This document shows, in pieces, positions 39,172 through 45,210 of a stretch of 45,210 nt of DNA. Under the pieces are notes generated by a model. It made no database searches. It was not told the origin of the DNA and saw nothing but the letters and a program-made list of their open reading frames with translations. Each line of letters starts with the position of its first letter. Position 1 is the first letter of the stretch. A program made the translations under genes and the position numbers. The stretch is from an uncultured Oscillospiraceae bacterium (lineage in GTDB: Bacteria > Bacillota > Clostridia > Oscillospirales > Acutalibacteraceae). The stretch spans positions 1-45,210 of the forward strand of contig CABSLQ010000021.1 of NCBI GenBank assembly GCA_902478605.1. Direction: 5' to 3'.

Positions 39172-40587
39172 TTATTGGTGCGGCTGGCTGACCGCGCCGC
39201 CGAACAGCACCGCACCCGTGGCGTTGTCCACGATTGCGCAGAAGAAGGGTCGATCGAGCCGCATCACCTTGCCCTCGTCCTCGGGCGGCCGGAGCGCGAC
39301 GCCTCGCAGCGTCACGCCGGTGGCCGCCGCCGCGAGCACACCCTTTTCATCCATCTCCAGCTCGGTACGGTGCGGCACGTCGCCGATATACACCCCGCCG
39401 TCGGCCGTCAGGCGGCTGAAATCCGCCCGGCCCGCGTCGAATGCCGCCTGTATGACCATTTCCTGCAGCGGACCGGCCAGGCTTTCGTCATAGGACAGCT
39501 TGCAGCGCGGCACGGTCAGTTCCAGCTTGGGCGTGGTGTCCGTACTGCTGACAAGGGCACGCAGCTGCTCCGCCGTCAGGTTCTTTATCCAGCTGTCCAG
39601 CGCCGCGGCTCCTTCCGTTTTGGGCAGCACAAAGAGCATGGACACATCCGCCTGGCTGAAGGGCACCCGCGTCGCCTGCACCTGCGCATCCTCATAATAG
39701 GGCTTGCCCACCAGCATCCGGTACATAAAGGGCAGTGTCACGTCCTCCTGTGCACCGTGGAAAATACTTTCTTCCACCTTGGTAAAGGGCACCTGCCAGG
39801 CGTCCTCGAAAAGCAGCGTGTTGACCAGCACCATCCGGCCCTCGGGATCCAGCGGTTCCTTCAGCAAATCGCGGATGCGTCCCGCCGTGTTGTCCGCTAC
39901 CCAGCTGTTTATCTCCTTCGTCAGCGCGGCGTCAAAGGGGGCGGCGGTCAACTGCGCGCCAAAATACTCCCGGTTGGCGGCGATGAAAGCGGGCAGGATA
40001 TCCCTCGCCTTCTCCTGGTTTATCCAGATGCCGTTGGCCAGCCGGAAGGTGTTGTCGGTCAGCCGGGACTGCAGATCGCGGCAGCCGCGGTTCAGCGCGT
40101 CGCCGTCGGTCACCCCCAGCGCCGCATACAGCTCCTCCGCTGTTTTACCGGCCGCTCCGTTTGCCGTCATGCCCAGCGCCAGATACACGCTGGCCGGTGA
40201 CACAAACCCGTTTTTCCCCTCCTGCTGGGTGCGCTGTATGAGTTCCAACGCAAACCCGTCGTATCCGTCCGCAAAGGTCTTGGAAAAAGCCGCAACCGGC
40301 TCCAGCCCCTGCAGGCGTCCTTCTTTCGGGCTCTCCGTATCGGTGCCCTGCGCCGCGGAACCCGCCTGGGTGGTGTTGGCGGCGGTGGTCTCGGCCTGGG
40401 TGGTGTGCGCCGGGACAGTGCCGGTCGTTTCGGCCGCAGACGTGTCTGTCTGCGCCGCCGCGCTTTCCGGCGCGCCGGTCGTTCCCGGCGCCGGCGCTCC
40501 GCACGCCGCACACCCCACAAGCAGCGCCATGGCACACAGCGCCGCGGCCATCGTGGTACCTGGTTGTCTTTGGATTCTCCGTTTCAT
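39172..40587 (-). CDS. serpin-family serine protease inhibitor, lipoprotein (paralog 2)
   Basis: 471 aa; lipobox LVGC. Collinear with paralog 1; hinge EKGVLAAAAT, C-terminal …RLDRPFFCAIVDNATGAVLFGGAV. Inferred P4-P1 is LRGV. 17-nt gap to paralog 1, with a GAGGAGAGG RBS. Confidence 0.9.
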   Translation of the reverse strand: MKRRIQRQPGTTMAAALCAMALLVGCAACGAPAPGTTGAPESAAAQTDTSAAETTGTVPAHTTQAETTAANTTQAGSAAQGTDTESPKEGRLQGLEPVAAFSKTFADGYDGFALELIQRTQQEGKNGFVSPASVYLALGMTANGAAGKTAEELYAALGVTDGDALNRGCRDLQSRLTDNTFRLANGIWINQEKARDILPAFIAANREYFGAQLTAAPFDAALTKEINSWVADNTAGRIRDLLKEPLDPEGRMVLVNTLLFEDAWQVPFTKVEESIFHGAQEDVTLPFMYRMLVGKPYYEDAQVQATRVPFSQADVSMLFVLPKTEGAAALDSWIKNLTAEQLRALVSSTDTTPKLELTVPRCKLSYDESLAGPLQEMVIQAAFDAGRADFSRLTADGGVYIGDVPHRTELEMDEKGVLAAAATGVTLRGVALRPPEDEGKVMRLDRPFFCAIVDNATGAVLFGGAVSQPHQ

Positions 40588-40723
40588 AAGCGCCCTCCTA
40601 TCCGCTCTTTACTATAAAAGTGTCCGTGAGGGGGCGAAATGTTTCAGACGATCGCGACAATTGCAATCCGCCGGATTCCGTGATACCATAAAAAGCAGTC
40701 CGCGAAAAACGGAGGGAACCGAT

Positions 40724-41584
40724 TTGAGGCAATCCGGTCAAATAAAAAGAGCCCTGCGGGCGGCCTTTCCGCACACCATCCCCATCTTTGCGGGGTTCTG
40801 GTTTCTGGGCCTGACCTACGGGATTTATATGCATGCGGCGGGGTTCAGCTTCTGGTATCCCATGCTGATGAGCCTGACCATCTTCGCCGGGTCGGTGGAG
40901 TTTGTGGCGGTGAACCTGCTGCTCGGCGCTTTCAATCCGCTGCAGGCGCTGGCCATGGCGGTGCTGATCAACGCCCGGCATCTGTTTTATGGGATTTCGA
41001 TGCTGGACCGGTACCGCGGCACCGGCTGGAAAAAGCTGTATCTCATCTTCGGCCTGTGCGATGAGAGTTTTTCCATCAACTACACCGCGACCATCCCCGC
41101 CGGAGTGGATAAGGGCTGGTTTTACTTTTTCGTCACCCTGCTCAATCACCTGTACTGGTTCACGGGGGCCACGCTGGGCGGTATCTTCGGCTCGCTCCTC
41201 CGTTTCAATACCGAAGGCCTTGATTTTGTGATGACCGCCATGTTCGTCGTCATCTTCCTCGACCAGTGGTTAAAGGATACGGCCGGAAGCAAGCAACGCG
41301 CTTCGGTTCCGGCTCCGGAGACGCAGCAGGACGCGCTGCCGCAGCCGGACGCCGGGCAGGCAGAGGATGTGCCGCCGCGCCGTCCCCGCAGGAACCGGCC
41401 GCTGGCCGCGCGCCTGGCCGCTTATCTGCAGCCGCACGCCAGCGCCCTTCTCGGCCTCGGTCTGTCGCTGCTGTGCCTGCTGGCCTTCGGCGCGGACAAT
41501 TTCCTTATCCCGGCCATGCTGGCCATCCTCCTCGCCGTCACCCTGCTGCGCCGGCCGCTGGACAAAGGAGGGGACAAGCCATGA
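40724..41584 (+). CDS. azlC: AzlC-family branched-chain amino acid permease subunit (TTG start)
   Basis: 286 aa, multi-TM AzlC family (…[22 protein letters not shown]…). GGAGGG RBS 7 nt before the TTG. The track ORF 39704..41584 is a chimera with the serpin antisense. Confidence 0.82.
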   Translation: MRQSGQIKRALRAAFPHTIPIFAGFWFLGLTYGIYMHAAGFSFWYPMLMSLTIFAGSVEFVAVNLLLGAFNPLQALAMAVLINARHLFYGISMLDRYRGTGWKKLYLIFGLCDESFSINYTATIPAGVDKGWFYFFVTLLNHLYWFTGATLGGIFGSLLRFNTEGLDFVMTAMFVVIFLDQWLKDTAGSKQRASVPAPETQQDALPQPDAGQAEDVPPRRPRRNRPLAARLAAYLQPHASALLGLGLSLLCLLAFGADNFLIPAMLAILLAVTLLRRPLDKGGDKP

Positions 41585-41907
41585 CCCTGCCTCAACAGAT
41601 CCTCACCATCGGCATGGTGGTGCTGGGTACCGCTCTGACGCGGTTTATTCCGTTCCTCCTGTTCCCGGCCGGCAAGCCCACTCCGCGGTACATACAGTAT
41701 CTGGGCCGGGTGCTGCCCGCCGCCGTGTTCGGCCTGCTGGTCGTTTACTGCCTGCGCAGCGTCAGTCTGCTTACCGGGACGCACGGCCTTCCCGAGCTGA
41801 TCGCCATCGCGGTGGTGATCGCGCTGCATTTATGGAAGCGACAGATGCTGCTCTCCATTGCGGGCGGCACCGTCGTGTACATGCTGCTGGTGCAGCTGGT
41901 ATTTTAA
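41581..41907 (+). CDS. azlD: AzlD-family branched-chain amino acid transport protein
   Basis: 108 aa, small hydrophobic protein. Its ATG overlaps the azlC stop (ATGA). Confidence 0.8.
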   Translation: MTLPQQILTIGMVVLGTALTRFIPFLLFPAGKPTPRYIQYLGRVLPAAVFGLLVVYCLRSVSLLTGTHGLPELIAIAVVIALHLWKRQMLLSIAGGTVVYMLLVQLVF

Positions 41908-42183
41908 AAGCACCGCCGCGCCGCCGGTTTCATGGCAGACGCGCGCCTCTTCGCGGTGAGCTTGTGGAGAGTCGCTCTGTCCCCCGCCCGGCTCGGCACA
42001 AAAGCTATAACGCTCTTTTGGCGGCGTTCTCATGCGCCGGCGCCATACAAAGAAATCCCCCGCGGCAAAGCGTGATATCCATAACGGAGAAATACCCAAT
42101 TAACTGAATAGGATATCGAAGCCAGATTTCAGTTAAAATGACTGAAATCTGACTTATTGTCGCTTAAGCATGATAGACCCCTT

Positions 42184-42570
42184 TCACTGTATTCCCTCGT
42201 TTTCCTTGATGCCGTGGCTCTTTACCTTGCGTCGCAGGACTTTGAGCTCCCCGTTTGCCGAGTATTTTTCGTATATCCAGCGGTAGATAGTTCGCCAGCT
42301 TGGCATCTTTCGCCCGCACGGCGGACAGGCAATCTGTTCTGGTGGCCAAGTTGCTTTCAGTTTCTCATTGATGCAGTCGACCTCTTCCTGAGAATGAAAC
42401 ATTTCTCGATGACAGCAGGAACGCCGCAGAAAATGTTTCTTCTGTGCTGTGTGCGAACAGCAGGATGGAATATCACACATGTGTGTACAGTTTCTCCGTA
42501 TCTCCTTGGACACCGTGCTCACATTCCTTCCCGCCAGCCGTGCAATCTCTCGGCAACTCAGGCCATTCAC
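42184..42570 (-). mobile_element. IS30-family transposase N-terminal fragment (remnant/pseudogene)
   Basis: 128 aa; HTH region LSCREIARLAGRNVSTVSKEIRRN and WPPEQIA…RTIYRWIY, typical of the IS30 transposase N-terminus. There is no room for a DDE catalytic domain before azlD. Confidence 0.7.
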
Positions 42571-42711
42571 ATCATCTCTATGCTAAGATAATGATAGTTC
42601 ATACGGTCCCCGCCCGACGCTTTGGTTGTGTGGTTACTCCATTCTGCCGCAGGGTCCTGTATGAATTCCTTTTATTTTTCTAAACTGTTGCGCCTGATAT
42701 ATATCACCGGG

Positions 42712-42746
42712 TGAAAAAGAAGCCAGCGCCTAAACGGCGCTGGCTT
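42712..42746 (-). terminator. rho-independent terminator of the surface-protein gene
   Basis: AAGCCAGCGCC-TAAAC-GGCGCTGGCTT. On the minus strand it is followed by CUUUUUCACC. Confidence 0.7.
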
Positions 42747-42821
42747 ACAATCATTTTTTGGAACGGCGGCATGATGTTGCCGCTTATCCGTAATTTCGTT
42801 TTATGCGTGTGCTGTCTAAGG

Positions 42822-45210
42822 TTATCTCAGCTTTTTCCTCACCCGCTTGACCTTCAGCGTTCCCAACACACCGCCGGATACGAACAGCAGGGCGACCCAA
42901 AGCGCAAGGCTACTGTTGTCGCCGGTCTGCGGACCTTCGGGCTCGCTGCCGCCGGGGTTGGTCGGCTGTGACGGTTCGGCCGGCTCATAATCCGGATCCG
43001 CTGCACCGCAGACGATGCACTTCCCGTCTTCAAAGTCATGTCCCAGCGCGGGGATGATTCGCCAGGTGTCCACATCGGCTATCGCTTTGGTGCATGCCTC
43101 GTCCTCAAAGGACATTCCGCAGGTGCAGGTGTAATACGCCTTGCTGCCGGCCTCGGTGCAGGTGGCGTCCCGGCCCACGACCGGAATAGGCGTATGGGTA
43201 TGGGCCTTTGTCACCTTTATGCACGCCGCATCCGTTGTGACCGTGGCGGTCGGGTAGTATGCCTTACCGTTTGTATTGGTGATCACGCAATAGTAATAAT
43301 AGGTACCCTCGGCGGATGTATCGGGCGTGAAGCTGGGGCTGTTTGTGCCCACCTTGGTCCCGCCGTCCGTGCTGCCGTCGCTGCTTTGGTACCACTGGTA
43401 GGATAGGGTTCCGCCGTCCGTCACGCCTGCCTCCACCGTCAGGGGGCTTGCCGGATCGCCCACGGAATATTGGGCGTTTTGCGGCTGAGCCGTAATGACG
43501 GGAGGTTGGGCGTTTTCCGGCTGGCCGTTGTCGATCCAGTGGGCATACAAGGTTTCGTCCGCGGAATAGATCCGGCTGCTGACGGTGACATGCGTGCCGC
43601 CCTCTTTTTCCGTGTACCAACCGTCGAAGTCATAGCCGATGCGCTGGGGCACAGGCATATAGGCGAGCTGCTGGAGCACTGTAGTCATGGAAATTTCAGA
43701 AACGCTGCCGCCGTTGGGGTCAAAGGTAATGACGTACTCTCCGCTGGAAGAACCTATGACTGTGATGTCTGCAACCCGTGAATAGAGGGTCAGCGTCTTG
43801 CCGTCGGGGTAGGCGGCGGTGATTTCACAGTAGTAGTAGTATGTGGACATGTAGTATGCATTCGGTTCCATCTGTGTAGCGGGCACAAAGCTGTTCTGAT
43901 CGGCCCCATCTATGGCAGCGCCACCCTCGGTATCTGGGTACTTGTTCTCGTACCACTGATAGGTGAGGCTGCAGCCCTCCGGGGCTTCCACCTCTACGGT
44001 CAGCGGCACAGCCGTATCGCCTTCCCTGTACGCCGCGCTGGCCGGCTGGGTGGTGATAACCGGCGCTTGGGCATCCACAACGGTAATCTTCGCTCTGTCC
44101 GAGGTGATTTGCGCCATTTTGCTGTTGGACGCGTACTCGTTTGTATTGGTCGCCACGCAGTAGTAGTAGAAGATCCCGGCCTCATCTGTGGGCGGCGTGA
44201 AGGTGCTCTGGGTGGCGCCGTCTATGGGTGTGCCGGCGCTTGTCTCGTCGGGGCTGACATACCACTGATAGGTCAGCCTGCCGCCGTCGCCTACAGATGC
44301 GGAATAAACCAGATCGTCCACCTGGGCGCCCTTGCCGTATGTGGCGTCGTTCATGACCTCCCAGTTAAGCTGCGGCTCCATGGCGTCTACGACGCCTGTA
44401 GGCTCCACAACGGTCACCTGGGCGATATCGCTCCGCGTAGAAGCCGTTTGTCTGCCGCTGACGTTTTTGTTGGTATTGGTCACCACGCAGTAGTAATAGA
44501 AGGTGCCCAGTTCGTCTGCCATGTCCGTGCAGAAGCTGTCGGTCGCTCCTTCCACGGGCTGCGCTCCGGAGCCGTCTTCGTTGCAGCGGTACCACTGGTA
44601 GGAAAGGACGCCGCCGTCGGTCAGGTCAAGGACGGTCATCGGGAGAAAGATTTCGGTGTTGATGATCTGTTCCTCCACATCATCCGGCTGGTCGGCGATG
44701 ACGGGCGTGAGGGCGTCCGGGCTCCACTGGGCATAGAGGGTGATGGCATTCTCGAAATCATCGTACTGCGTCATCTGCCTGCCGCCCTCCGGCTGCGTGT
44801 ACCAGCCCATGAAGGCATAGCCTTCCTTTTCGGGGATCGGCAAGTTTCCGTCAGGCCTGATCCTGCCGCTGCTCTGGTCGTAGAACTTCAGCGGGACCTT
44901 GTCGACGCTCACGCTGCCGCCCTGGGCATCCAGCGTGACATAGACCGTGCCGGTATAGACCGGGATGGCTTCTGTTTTGACCGTGGCGGTCTGGTTGCCG
45001 GTAATCTCCGGATTTGTATTGCGGTTTGTAATCACGCAGTAGTAGTAGACGATGCCATCCTGCGAGGTGTCCGGCGCACATCTGAAATACTCGGCCTTCT
45101 CGATAGGCGTGCCGTTTTCGTTGCTGGCCGTATCGCTCCGGTACCATTTATACAAAAGCGTACCGCCGTCCGGCGACACAGCATCGACATAAAGGCCGTT
45201 GCTGATATGG
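42822..45210 (-). CDS. large cell-surface protein with Ig-like and Listeria-Bacteroides (Flg_new-type) repeats and a C-terminal sortase-type sorting signal; N-terminus beyond window end
   Basis: The reading frame is open to the window end; the track's GTG 'start' at 45179 is internal. At least 6 repeats of about 95 aa share L(T/S)YQWY…G…YYYYCV(I/V)TN. Two GYxFxGWYT…LYAxW modules are present. The C-terminus carries a Cys-rich region, then EGPQTGD, a hydrophobic segment and KVKRVRKKLR. Confidence 0.8.
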   Translation of the reverse strand, partial: HISNGLYVDAVSPDGGTLLYKWYRSDTASNENGTPIEKAEYFRCAPDTSQDGIVYYYCVITNRNTNPEITGNQTATVKTEAIPVYTGTVYVTLDAQGGSVSVDKVPLKFYDQSSGRIRPDGNLPIPEKEGYAFMGWYTQPEGGRQMTQYDDFENAITLYAQWSPDALTPVIADQPDDVEEQIINTEIFLPMTVLDLTDGGVLSYQWYRCNEDGSGAQPVEGATDSFCTDMADELGTFYYYCVVTNTNKNVSGRQTASTRSDIAQVTVVEPTGVVDAMEPQLNWEVMNDATYGKGAQVDDLVYSASVGDGGRLTYQWYVSPDETSAGTPIDGATQSTFTPPTDEAGIFYYYCVATNTNEYASNSKMAQITSDRAKITVVDAQAPVITTQPASAAYREGDTAVPLTVEVEAPEGCSLTYQWYENKYPDTEGGAAIDGADQNSFVPATQMEPNAYYMSTYYYYCEITAAYPDGKTLTLYSRVADITVIGSSSGEYVITFDPNGGSVSEISMTTVLQQLAYMPVPQRIGYDFDGWYTEKEGGTHVTVSSRIYSADETLYAHWIDNGQPENAQPPVITAQPQNAQYSVGDPASPLTVEAGVTDGGTLSYQWYQSSDGSTDGGTKVGTNSPSFTPDTSAEGTYYYYCVITNTNGKAYYPTATVTTDAACIKVTKAHTHTPIPVVGRDATCTEAGSKAYYTCTCGMSFEDEACTKAIADVDTWRIIPALGHDFEDGKCIVCGAADPDYEPAEPSQPTNPGGSEPEGPQTGDNSSLALWVALLFVSGGVLGTLKVKRVRKKLR

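Noticed and set aside
39704-40723. 5' two-thirds of the 626-aa plus-strand ORF
   Set aside because: Antisense to serpin paralog 2. Only the 3' part (40724..41584, TTG start with RBS) is a real gene, azlC.
42822-45210. Possible CRISPR/VNTR: recurring GCAGTAGTAGTAGTA-like nucleotide motifs about 300 bp apart
   Set aside because: They encode the YYYYCV(I/V)TN core of diverged Ig-like domain repeats inside one long ORF. There are no identical direct repeats and no spacers.

Overview
This 45.2 kb window looks like a chromosomal segment from a high-GC Firmicute of class Clostridia. The order yabM–mazG–hup–yabO–yabP–yabQ–divIC–yabR is the clostridial form of the B. subtilis yab sporulation-associated cluster, and coding GC is roughly 60–65%. 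Most of it is densely packed housekeeping genes on the minus strand.

Genes I can support:
- groES–groEL with a perfect CIRCE operator
- hpf, a relA/SpoT synthetase, dtd, recJ, hflX, PPK2, punA, and the hup/mazG/yab cluster
- a radical-SAM HemN/HemZ-like protein and an MBL hydrolase
- a prs-like gene followed by nadA–nadB–nadC
- a polar-amino-acid ABC transporter, azlCD, and an NfeD–flotillin pair

Things worth a second look:
- a 3'-truncated GGGtGRT-family gene co-transcribed with a NifU-like Fe-S scaffold gene
- a heavily structured intergenic spacer between hup and yabO: five hairpins, two copies of a 26-nt palindrome, and mutually exclusive pairings
- a low-GC single-gene islet encoding a secreted protein
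- hflX translationally coupled to ppk2 (TAGATG)
- two tandem serpin lipoprotein paralogs with different reactive-centre loops
- an IS30 transposase N-terminal remnant
- a large, 5'-truncated sortase-anchored surface protein made of Ig-like and Listeria-Bacteroides-type repeats with a Cys-rich C-terminal module

I found no rRNA, tRNA or CRISPR array. Almost all long plus-strand ORFs in the track are antisense artefacts of minus-strand genes, as expected at this GC.
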